NCBI GenBank assembly: GCA_041611735.1
Contig: JBFIML010000005.1
Location: 7,525 to 71,524 of the forward strand
DNA from: Myxococcota bacterium
GTDB lineage: Bacteria > Myxococcota_A > UBA9160 > PR03
Direction: 5' to 3'
DNA: 64,000 nt
Part shown: piece after piece, positions 56,403 through 64,000 of the stretch
Layout: the number at the start of each line of letters is the position of its first letter
Position numbering within the stretch: position 1 is the first letter of the stretch
Translations under genes and position numbers: made by a program
The notes under the pieces: model-generated
What the model was told of the DNA's origin: nothing
The model's input: the letters and a program-made list of their open reading frames with translations, nothing else
Database searches by the model: none

Positions 56403-57977
56403 ATGGCCCCCCGGACCCCGCCGCGCCGCGTGGCGCGCGCGCTGCTCTCGGTCTCCGACAAGATGGGCCTCGTGGAGTTCGCCCGGGGTCTTGCCAAGCT
56501 CGGCGTCGAGCTGGTGGCCTCCGGCGGGACCGCCCAGACCCTGCGCGGGGCGGGCCTTGCGGTGGTGGACGTGGCGGAGCTGACCGGGAGCCCCGAGATG
56601 CTGGGCGGGCGGGTCAAGACCCTTCATCCGCGGGTGCACGGCGGCATCCTGGCCCGGCGCGACCACGACGGCGACCGCGGCGACGTGGAGGCCCAGGGTC
56701 TGCGCCCCATCGATCTGGTGGTGGTGAACCTCTACCCCTTCGAGGCGACCGTGGCGCGCCCCGGCGTCTCCGTGGCGGAGGCCATCGAGAAGATCGACAT
56801 CGGTGGCCCCAGCATGATCCGCTCCGCCGCCAAGAACCACGCCTGGGTGGCCGTGGTGGTGGATCCGGCCGACTACGCGGCGGTGCTGGCGGAGCTCCAG
56901 GCAAACGACGGCACGCTCGGCGACGCCACGCGCCGCCGCCTGGCGCTGCGCGCCTTCGCGCGTACCGCCCACTACGACGCAGCCATCGAGGCCTGGCTGG
57001 CGGGCGTCGTGGAGGGAGCCCCGCCGGAGCGGCTCCCGGTCCGCCTGCAGGTCGATCTGCCCCGCGCCCGGTCCCTGCGCTACGGCGAGAACCCGCACCA
57101 GCACGCGGCGCTCTACGGCGGCTTCCTGGACCTGGCCGAGCCGCTGCACGGCAAGGAGCTCTCCTTCAACAACGTGGTGGACGTCCAGGCGGCCCTGGCG
57201 CTGGTTCTCGAGTTCGACCCGGCCGAGTCGGCGGCCGTCGGCATCCTGAAGCACAACACCCCCTGCGGCGTCGGGACCGGCGCGGCCCCCGTCGAGGCCT
57301 GGCGGCACGCCTTTGCCACGGACCCGGACTCACCCTTCGGCGGCATCGTGGTGGTGAACCGCCCCTGCGACCTCCCGCTGGCCGAGGAGGTGGACCGCAT
57401 CTTCACCGAGGTGCTGATCGCGCCGGACTTCAGCCCGGAGGCCCTGGCGCTGCTGCGCAAGAAGAAGAACCGGCGCCTGCTCCGCTTCCGGCCCCAGCGC
57501 ATCGACCGCGCCCAGCTCGATTGGAAACGGGTCTACGGGGGCGTGCTGGTGCAGGAGTCCGACGCGGGCATCGAGGACCTGGCCTCGGCCCGGGTGGCCA
57601 CCGCCCGCAAGCCCACGGAGGCGGAGCTGCGCGCGCTGGCCTTCGCCTGGAAGGTGGTGAAGCACGTGAAGAGCAACGCGATCGTCTTCGCCGCGGCGGA
57701 CCGCACCCTGGCCGTGGCCGGGGGGCAGACCTCGCGCGTCGACGCGGTGCACGGGGCGCGCGAGAAGGCGGCCCGGGTCGGCATCTCCCTGGCCGGCTCG
57801 GCCCTGGCGAGCGACGCCTTCTTCCCGTTCCCGGACGGTCTCGAGGTGGCGGTGGCGGCCGGGGCGACGGCCTGCGTGCAGCCCGGCGGCTCCACCCGCG
57901 ACGACGAGGTGATCGCCGCCGCGGACCGGCTCGGCATCACCATGCTGCTCACCGGTGTGCGCCACTTCCGCCACTAG
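56403..57977 (+). CDS. purH: Bifunctional AICAR formyltransferase / IMP cyclohydrolase
   Basis: ALLSVSDK...GGTA...[14 protein letters not shown] and the C-terminal AICARFT region are present; 524 aa. Confidence 0.95.
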   Translation: MAPRTPPRRVARALLSVSDKMGLVEFARGLAKLGVELVASGGTAQTLRGAGLAVVDVAELTGSPEMLGGRVKTLHPRVHGGILARRDHDGDRGDVEAQGLRPIDLVVVNLYPFEATVARPGVSVAEAIEKIDIGGPSMIRSAAKNHAWVAVVVDPADYAAVLAELQANDGTLGDATRRRLALRAFARTAHYDAAIEAWLAGVVEGAPPERLPVRLQVDLPRARSLRYGENPHQHAALYGGFLDLAEPLHGKELSFNNVVDVQAALALVLEFDPAESAAVGILKHNTPCGVGTGAAPVEAWRHAFATDPDSPFGGIVVVNRPCDLPLAEEVDRIFTEVLIAPDFSPEALALLRKKKNRRLLRFRPQRIDRAQLDWKRVYGGVLVQESDAGIEDLASARVATARKPTEAELRALAFAWKVVKHVKSNAIVFAAADRTLAVAGGQTSRVDAVHGAREKAARVGISLAGSALASDAFFPFPDGLEVAVAAGATACVQPGGSTRDDEVIAAADRLGITMLLTGVRHFRH

Positions 57978-58249
57978 CGCGCAGGAGGTGCGCGAGCCAG
58001 ACCAGCGCTCCCGCGGCGGCGACGGCGCCGAAGAGCCGCCGCTCGTAGCGGGCGAGGTCCCCGAGCAGGGCCTGCATGGCGTTGCCCAGCGCGTAGCCCG
58101 CCAGGCCGATGGTTCGAGCGTCCTGGGTTCTCGGGGGCGGCGAAGGCGTCGATACAGCGTTTGTGCGCGAGGGTCGCGGAGCGTGCGGAGCCCTGGCGAG
58201 GCCGGGAGCCGGACGGCATCATCGGCCGGATGCCGACGGAGGCGCTGGG

Positions 58250-59530
58250 GTGCGGATCCTGATCGTCGGCTCGGGCGGGCGCGAGCACGCCCTGGCCTGG
58301 AAGATCGCCCGGAGCCCGCGCGTCGAGCGCGTGCTCGCCGCGCCCGGGAGCGACGGCATGGCGCCCGTGGCGAGCTCGTTTCCCGCCGTGCGCGCGGACG
58401 ATGCGGACGCGCTCCGCACCCTGGCGCGCGAAGAGCGCGTGGACCTGGTGGTGGTGGGGCCGGAGGCGCCGCTGGCCGCCGGCCTGGCGGACCGTCTGCG
58501 TGAGGCGGGCGTCGCGGTGTTCGGCCCCTCGGCCGCGGCGGCGCGTCTCGAGGCGAGCAAGGCGTTCGCCAAGCACTTCATGGCGCGTCACGGCGTGCCC
58601 ACGGCGGACTTCCGCGTCTTCGACGCCTTCGAGCCGGCCCGCGCCCACGCGCGATCCCTGGCCGGGGGCTGCGTGGTGAAGGCGGACGGCCTCGCCGCCG
58701 GCAAGGGCGTCTTCGTGTGCGACGAGCCCGGCGCTGCCGAGCGGGCGCTCCAGGAGATCATGGGCGCGCGCCGCTTCGGCGCGGCCGGCGCGCGGGTCGT
58801 GATCGAGGAGCGGCTCGAGGGCGAGGAGGTCTCCTACTACGCCGTCAGCGACGGCGAGCAGGTGGCCCCCCTGGCCGCCGCCCAGGACCACAAGCGCGCC
58901 CTGGACGGCGACCGGGGCGAGAACACCGGCGGCATGGGCGCCTACTCGCCGACGCCCTTCCTGACCGGCGCGGTGGAGAAGCGCGTCCTCGAGGAGGTCG
59001 TCCACCCGACGGTGCGCGGGCTGGCGGCCGAGGGGACGCCCTACCGTGGCGTGCTCTACGTGGGGCTGATGGTGGACCGCCAGGGCGCACCGCGGGTGGT
59101 GGAGTTCAACGTCCGCTTCGGGGACCCGGAGACCCAGCCGCTCATGGTGCGCATGCAGGGGGATCTCGTCCCGTTGCTCGCGGGAGCCGCCCGCGGCCGC
59201 CTCGACCCGGCCTCGGGCCTCGACTGGCGCGACGCGGCGGTGTGCGTGGTGCTGGCGTCGGGCGGCTACCCGCGCGACTACGAGACGGGCAAGCGCATCG
59301 AAGGGCTCGAAGCCGCCGAGGCCGTGGCGGGTGTGACCGTGTTCCACGCCGGGACCCGGCGGGCTCCCGACGGCGGCTTCGTCAGCGCCGGGGGCCGCGT
59401 GCTCGGCGTGACCGCCCGGGGCGCCAGCGTGGCGGAGGCGCGCGAGCGCGCCTACCGCGCCTGCGACTGCATCCGCTTCGAAGGCCTGCACCGGCGCAGC
59501 GACATCGCGGCGCGCGCGCTCCCCGCGTGA
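58250..59530 (+). CDS. purD: Phosphoribosylamine--glycine ligase
   Basis: VRILIVGSGGREHALAWK..., an ATP-grasp body, and GPRVLGVTA-like C-terminus. GTG start at 58250. Confidence 0.9.
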   Translation: MRILIVGSGGREHALAWKIARSPRVERVLAAPGSDGMAPVASSFPAVRADDADALRTLAREERVDLVVVGPEAPLAAGLADRLREAGVAVFGPSAAAARLEASKAFAKHFMARHGVPTADFRVFDAFEPARAHARSLAGGCVVKADGLAAGKGVFVCDEPGAAERALQEIMGARRFGAAGARVVIEERLEGEEVSYYAVSDGEQVAPLAAAQDHKRALDGDRGENTGGMGAYSPTPFLTGAVEKRVLEEVVHPTVRGLAAEGTPYRGVLYVGLMVDRQGAPRVVEFNVRFGDPETQPLMVRMQGDLVPLLAGAARGRLDPASGLDWRDAAVCVVLASGGYPRDYETGKRIEGLEAAEAVAGVTVFHAGTRRAPDGGFVSAGGRVLGVTARGASVAEARERAYRACDCIRFEGLHRRSDIAARALPA

Positions 59531-60189
59531 CCGCCGCGCGCCCGCTGGGCGACTTCCTGGACGAGGCCGTGGCGCGGCTGCGGGCGGGCGCTCTCGTCGC
59601 CTACCCGACCGAGACCGTCTGGGGCCTCGGCGCCGACGCCGACTCCGAGGCGGCGGTGGATCGCCTGCGCGCCTGGAAGGGGCGCGAGGCGGACCAGCCC
59701 ATCTCGCTCCTGGTGGACGACGCTGCCTCCCTGGCGGACCTGGGCATCCGGCTCACCCCGCTCGGCCGCCGGCTGGTGGCGGCCTTCTGGCCCGGTCCCC
59801 TCACCCTGGTGGTGCCCTGCGCGCACGGCTTCGCGCCCGGCGTGGCACGCTCCGACGGAGCGGTGGGCGTGCGCTGCTCTCCCCATCCGCTGGCCGCGGC
59901 CCTCGCACGCCGGCTGCACGAGGTCGGCGTCGGGCCGGTCACCGCCACCAGCCTGAATCGCCACGGAGAGCCTCCGGCGCGCAACGAGGCGGAGGCCCGG
60001 GCCCTGTGCGGGAGCGCCGGGGACCCCGGCGCGCCGACCCTGGTGGCGGCGGGGGGACCCGACGCGGGCGGGTCCGCGACCAGCACCGTCGTGGACCTGA
60101 CCGGTGCGACGCCCCGGGTGCTGCGCCAGGGCGCCCTCGGCGCCGAGGCGCTCGAGCCCTGGCTCGGCCCCGAGCGGGCGCGCGCGTGA
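59527..60189 (+). CDS. tsaC: L-threonylcarbamoyladenylate synthase (YrdC/TsaC family)
   Basis: VAYPTETVWGLGADA, KGREADQPISLLV and FWPGPLTLVV. The GTG overlaps the purD stop (GTGA). Confidence 0.75.
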   Translation: MTAARPLGDFLDEAVARLRAGALVAYPTETVWGLGADADSEAAVDRLRAWKGREADQPISLLVDDAASLADLGIRLTPLGRRLVAAFWPGPLTLVVPCAHGFAPGVARSDGAVGVRCSPHPLAAALARRLHEVGVGPVTATSLNRHGEPPARNEAEARALCGSAGDPGAPTLVAAGGPDAGGSATSTVVDLTGATPRVLRQGALGAEALEPWLGPERARA

Positions 60190-61466
60190 GCGACGTGCGC
60201 GCCTTTCGCGCGCTCCGCTACGACCCGAGCCGCGTCGAGCTGGAACGGGTGCTGGCGCCCCCCTACGACGTGGTGACCCACGAGGAGCGCGCCAGCCTCT
60301 GGGAGCGCGACGTCCACAACGCGATCCGTCTCGAGCTCACCCGCGACGAGCGCGAGGAGGCCGAGGCGGACTACGCAGAGGTGACGCGACGCCTGGGGGC
60401 GTGGCGGCGGGAAGGCGTGCTGCGCCGCGACCCGCGGCCCGCCCTGTATCTGCTGCGCCAGCGCTTCGCGGGCCCGGACGGTGCCCGCCGGGTGCGCGAC
60501 GGCTTCTTCGCCCTGCTACGGCTCGAGGACTACGCGCGCCGCGTGGTGCGCCCCCACGAACGCACGCTTTCCGGCCCGAAGGTTGATCGGCTCAAGCTGT
60601 TGCGGGCGACGCGTGCCAACCTGTCGCCGGTCTTCCTGCTCTTCGAGGACCGGGAGGACGAGCTGGCGGCGCGGCTCGCGCCGTGGTGGGAGGGGGAGCC
60701 GGCGGCGGAGGCGCGCGATGCGGCGGACGTGGAGAACCGGCTCCTGGTGGTCGAGCACCCGCGCCCCATCGAGGCGGTGGAGAGCTTCCTGGCCAAGCGT
60801 CCGGTGGTGATCGCCGACGGCCACCACCGCTACGAGACGGCCTTGACGTATCGGGAGCAACGCCGCGCCGCGGAGCCCGGGGCGGGCCCCGACGCCCCCT
60901 TCGAGTGGGTGCTCGCCTACTTCGCGAATGCCTTCGCGCCGGGCAACCGGCTGCTGCCCATCCACCGGGTGGTGCGCCGCGGCCCGGCCCCGGACGCGAA
61001 GGCCTGGTCGGCCCGCCTGCCCGGCTGGAGCGCCACGGCGCTTCCGGCAGCGCACCTGGAGGACGTGCCGCGGCTGCTGGCCGAGCGCCTCGGGCCGCTG
61101 CGCAGCCAGGTGGCGTGCGTGGCCGACGACGGCTCCGGGACCCTGCGCCTGCTGCGGCGCGAGCGATCGCCGGTGGAGGACGAGCTTCCGATCCGCGTGA
61201 TCCATCGCGAGATATTGGGCGGCGTCTTCGGCCTGGACGAGGCGGCGGTGCGCGAGGGAGCGGTGGCGTTCCCAAAGAGCGTCCTCGAAGCGGGCCGCGC
61301 GGTGCGGGAGGGGCGCGGCGCCGTGGCGCTCTACCTGAACCCGCTCAGCCCGGAGGACGTCTTCCGGGTGACGAGCGCCGGCGAGCTGCTGCCCCAGAAG
61401 TCCACCTTCTTCGCACCGAAGCTCCCGACGGGTCTGGTCTTCCGCCTGCTGGAGGACGACGCGTGA
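60186..61466 (+). CDS. DUF1015-family protein
   Basis: The N-terminal FRALRYDP...VLAPPYDV and ADGHHRYETAL motifs are present. The GTG overlaps the upstream stop. Confidence 0.75.
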   Translation: MSDVRAFRALRYDPSRVELERVLAPPYDVVTHEERASLWERDVHNAIRLELTRDEREEAEADYAEVTRRLGAWRREGVLRRDPRPALYLLRQRFAGPDGARRVRDGFFALLRLEDYARRVVRPHERTLSGPKVDRLKLLRATRANLSPVFLLFEDREDELAARLAPWWEGEPAAEARDAADVENRLLVVEHPRPIEAVESFLAKRPVVIADGHHRYETALTYREQRRAAEPGAGPDAPFEWVLAYFANAFAPGNRLLPIHRVVRRGPAPDAKAWSARLPGWSATALPAAHLEDVPRLLAERLGPLRSQVACVADDGSGTLRLLRRERSPVEDELPIRVIHREILGGVFGLDEAAVREGAVAFPKSVLEAGRAVREGRGAVALYLNPLSPEDVFRVTSAGELLPQKSTFFAPKLPTGLVFRLLEDDA

Positions 61467-61768
61467 GGAACCGCCGCCGCAGCCAGCCCACGGCGCTGGG
61501 GTCCCTGGTACCCCGCGTGCTGGGCGAGCTCGGCTTCGCGGGCACCGAGGCGGTGCTCCGGATCGTGGAGCGCTGGGAGGCGGCGGTGGGCCCCGAGGTG
61601 GCCCGCCACTGCCGTCCGACGGCCCTGCGCGGGCGCGTGCTGGAGGCGACGGTGGACTCGAGCGTCTGGTGCCAGCAGCTCCAGCTCCGGCGCGGCGAGA
61701 TCCTGGCCGCGTTGCAGCGGGAGCTCGGGGACGAGGCCCCGGCAGAGCTGTGGCTGCGGGTCGGCTAG
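61463..61768 (+). CDS. DUF721 (DciA-like) protein
   Basis: ~101 aa: LGSLVPRVLGELGF...VERWEAAVGPEVARHCRP.ALRGRVLEATVDSSVWCQQLQ is the typical DUF721 pattern. The GTG overlaps the upstream stop. Confidence 0.65.
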   Translation: MRNRRRSQPTALGSLVPRVLGELGFAGTEAVLRIVERWEAAVGPEVARHCRPTALRGRVLEATVDSSVWCQQLQLRRGEILAALQRELGDEAPAELWLRVG

Positions 61769-61778
61769 ACTGGCGCCC

Positions 61779-61991
61779 ATGGCCGAGGGGACTCCGGACG
61801 AGCCGGGCGTGTCGACGGGCGGGGGCCCGGGGGCGCCCCTGCGTTGCGACTTCTGCGGCGAGCCCGCCGGAAGCCTGCGGCGGGTGGTCCTCGACGGGGA
61901 CTACGAGCGGCTCCGCACCCCGCACCGGGAGCTGTACGCCTGCCCGCCCTGCTCGGACCGCAAGGAACGCACCCGGCTCGGGCTCGGTTGA
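61779..61991 (+). CDS. Small hypothetical protein with CxxC...CxxC (zinc-ribbon-like)
   Basis: 70 aa: ...LRCDFCGEPAGSL...ELYACPPCSDRKER. Coding status is unproven. Confidence 0.35.
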   Translation: MAEGTPDEPGVSTGGGPGAPLRCDFCGEPAGSLRRVVLDGDYERLRTPHRELYACPPCSDRKERTRLGLG

Positions 61992-62065
61992 CCCCCCGTC
62001 GGGGCTTTCCTAGCCTCCCTGGCCGCTTCGACTGCGCCTGGACCGCTGGTCAGGAGGCCTTCGCC

Positions 62066-62341
62066 ATGGTCAAGATCCGGCTGCTGCGCGCCGGAACCAA
62101 GAAGCGTCCCTTCTACCGCATCGTCGCCATCGACGAGCGGCGGCGGCGCAACGGGCGTCCGCTCGAGTACCTGGGCACCTACGATCCGGTGGCCCGGCCC
62201 GAGCGCCTCGATCTCCACGGCGAGCGGCTGGAGGCCTGGCGCGTCCAGGGTGCCCAGGTGACCGACGCGGTGCGGGCCCTGGCGCGTCGGGCGGCCCGCA
62301 CGCCGGCGGCCGCGCCTCCGGCGCGTCCCGAGGCCTCCTGA
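62066..62341 (+). CDS. rpsP: 30S ribosomal protein S16
   Basis: MVKIRLLRAGTKKRPFYRIVAIDERRRRNGRPLEYLGTYDP. Confidence 0.95.
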   Translation: MVKIRLLRAGTKKRPFYRIVAIDERRRRNGRPLEYLGTYDPVARPERLDLHGERLEAWRVQGAQVTDAVRALARRAARTPAAAPPARPEAS

Positions 62342-62342
62342 C

Positions 62343-62579
62343 GTGGCCGCGCCCGGTTCGCCTGCCGACCTGGTGGAGTTCATTGCCCGCGCCATCGTGA
62401 CGGAGCCGGACCAGGTGCGGGTGCGCGAGAATCGAAGCGAACGCATGATCGAGCTGGAGACCGCCCAGGTGGATCGCGGGCGCGTGATCGGCCGGCAGGG
62501 GCGCATCGCCAAGGCCATGCGGGTGGTGCTCGCCTGCTCGCGGGAGGGGGCGAATCACCGGCTCGACATCGTCGACTAG
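62343..62579 (+). CDS. KH-domain RNA-binding protein (UPF0109/YlqC-like)
   Basis: 78 aa with LVEFIARAIVTEPDQVRV...GRVIGRQGRIAKAMRVVL (GxxG KH motif), in the conserved position between rpsP and rimM. Confidence 0.85.
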   Translation: MAAPGSPADLVEFIARAIVTEPDQVRVRENRSERMIELETAQVDRGRVIGRQGRIAKAMRVVLACSREGANHRLDIVD

Positions 62580-62613
62580 CCGTGCAGGCGCCACCGCCCG
62601 GGGTGGCTCCCGG

Positions 62614-63132
62614 GTGGTGTTCGGCTGCGTGGCGGGAGCGCACGGGCTCGAAGGCCGGATCCGCGTGCGCTGCTTCGGCGACGGGCCGGACAACCTGCTG
62701 CGCCTCGGCGAGGTCTGGCTCGGGGCGGGGCCGCAGGACGCTTCGGCCACGCCCTTCGCCGTGCGCCAGGGGAGCCCCGGGCCGCGCGGCGAGGTACTCC
62801 TCGCCCTGGCGGGGGTCTCCAGCCGGGAGGCGGCCGCAGCGCTGCGTGGACGGCTCGTCCTCGGCGACGCCAGCGTGCTGCCGTCCTTGCCCGAGGGGGA
62901 GTTCTACTGGTTCGAGCTGGTGGGCTGCCGGGTGGAGGACACCGGCGGCCGTCCGATCGGGACGGTGCGGGAGCTGTGGGATCCGGGCGCCCACGACCTG
63001 CTGGTCGTGGTGGATGAGGACGGACGCGAGATCCTGATTCCGGCGGTGGCGGATCTGCTGCGAACGGTGGACGTCGAGGAGGGCCGCATCGTCGTCGAGG
63101 TGATTCCGGGGCTGCTCGATTCGGCGCCCTAG
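62614..63132 (+). CDS. rimM: 16S rRNA processing protein RimM
   Basis: [16 protein letters not shown]..., [14 protein letters not shown] and DLLVV are RimM patterns. Confidence 0.85.
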   Translation: MVFGCVAGAHGLEGRIRVRCFGDGPDNLLRLGEVWLGAGPQDASATPFAVRQGSPGPRGEVLLALAGVSSREAAAALRGRLVLGDASVLPSLPEGEFYWFELVGCRVEDTGGRPIGTVRELWDPGAHDLLVVVDEDGREILIPAVADLLRTVDVEEGRIVVEVIPGLLDSAP

Positions 63133-63149
63133 ACCCACGAGGGAGCAAA

Positions 63150-63851
63150 GTGCTCCGGATCGACGTCATCACGATCTTTCCGGAGCTCTTCGAGCCGTTC
63201 CTCTCGCTCTCCACCGTGGGGATTGCCCGACGCGAAGGCCTCCTGGAGGTGGCGGTGCACGACCTGCGCGCTTGGACGAAGGATCGCCACCGCAGCGTGG
63301 ACGATGCGCCCTACGGCGGCGGACCGGGGATGGTGATGAAGCCGGAACCCCTGGTGGCGGCGGTCGAGACGGTGGCGGGCCCCAAAGGTGCCGGCCGGGA
63401 GTCCCACGTGGTACTCCTCTCGCCCCAGGGGCGTCGCCTGGACCAGGGACGGGTGGCCGAGCTGGGGCGCAAGCGCCGCCTCGCGCTGGTGTGCGGGCGC
63501 TACGAGGGCGTGGACCAGCGCGCGATCGATCTGGCCATCGACGAGGAGGTCTCGATCGGGGACTACGTGCTCTCGGGCGGCGAGGTGCCGGCCATGGTGA
63601 TGATCGAGGCGGTGGCGCGTCTCGTGCCCGGCGTGCTCGGCAACCCGGAGTCCATGCACCAGGAGTCCTTCGAGAATGGGCTGCTCGAAGGCCCCCAGTA
63701 CACGCGCCCGGCCGTGTTCCGGGGCCTGGCCGTGCCCGAGGTGCTGCGCTCCGGCGACCACCAGGCCATCGCGCGCTGGCGGGCCGCCCGCGCCCAGGAG
63801 ATCACGCAACGGCGCCGCCCCGACCTGGCGGCGGGAGAGGACGAGCGATGA
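63150..63851 (+). CDS. trmD: tRNA (guanine37-N1)-methyltransferase
   Basis: [42 protein letters not shown] and [11 protein letters not shown]. Confidence 0.95.
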   Translation: MLRIDVITIFPELFEPFLSLSTVGIARREGLLEVAVHDLRAWTKDRHRSVDDAPYGGGPGMVMKPEPLVAAVETVAGPKGAGRESHVVLLSPQGRRLDQGRVAELGRKRRLALVCGRYEGVDQRAIDLAIDEEVSIGDYVLSGGEVPAMVMIEAVARLVPGVLGNPESMHQESFENGLLEGPQYTRPAVFRGLAVPEVLRSGDHQAIARWRAARAQEITQRRRPDLAAGEDER

Positions 63852-64000
63852 ATCCGCTGGACGGGATCGAGAAGGCGTCTCTGCGCCGGGATCTGCCTCC
63901 CTTCCGACCGGGAGACACCCTGCGCGTCCACGTGAAGGTGCGCGAGGGCGACAAGGAACGCATCCAGGTGTTCGAGGGTGTCGTGCTGCGGCGACGCGGG
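63848..64000 (+). CDS. rplS: 50S ribosomal protein L19 (3' part outside the window)
   Basis: [46 protein letters not shown]. The ATG overlaps the trmD stop (ATGA). Confidence 0.9.
   Translation, partial: MNPLDGIEKASLRRDLPPFRPGDTLRVHVKVREGDKERIQVFEGVVLRRRG

Noticed and set aside
57978-58249. Minus-strand membrane-protein-like stretch ([42 protein letters not shown]) between purH and purD.
   Set aside because: It is short, has no start codon in frame, and runs into the purH coding region. It is possibly a relic but not supportable as a gene.

Overview
High-G+C chromosomal window from a diderm bacterium (Mla lipid-transport genes, HtrA proteases, and exosortase/PEP-CTERM machinery are all present). 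All calls come from reading the sequence and the ORF track by eye. No database search was run, and hand-derived coordinates may be off by a few nt. The right ~30 kb (34.3-64 kb) is conserved housekeeping. It carries an ilvE-like aminotransferase, trpS, a sulfotransferase, an exosortase-EpsI-sulfatase-like operon, clpB, a sigma-70 factor, three HtrA paralogs around galK, thiSGE, mlaEFD plus a coupled unknown repeat protein, purH, purD, tsaC-like, DUF1015, DUF721, and rpsP-KH-rimM-trmD-rplS. The left ~34 kb is a mosaic accessory tract. (i) A ~19-kb integrative island (15141-34285) sits in tRNA-Thr(CGU). It is bounded by a 47-nt direct repeat, has a P4-type integrase at one end and an excisionase-like gene at the other, and has phased TGCTTCCG octamers at both ends. 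It carries an IS110 element and a light/UV/oxidative-stress cargo: a MerR regulator, an Fe-S (6-4)-photolyase-like gene, a ybgA-like gene, lipocalin, Dps, DUF1295, and flavoenzymes, plus several decayed or chimeric genes. (ii) An integrase remnant abuts the island and points to an older element. That older tract carries a lower-G+C cluster of unrecognised secreted proteins and a ~1000-aa PHP/TSP3 exoprotein. (iii) Further left are a fossil tRNA/tmRNA 3' end, an orphan HigA antitoxin next to an eroded toxin, and a low-G+C SGNH acyltransferase cassette bracketed by 66-bp direct repeats. No CRISPR array, rRNA gene or canonical defence system was seen. The most novel-looking candidates are the secreted-protein cluster at 6.6-14.8 kb, the island's unknown/flavoenzyme operon, and the Mla-coupled WP-repeat protein.
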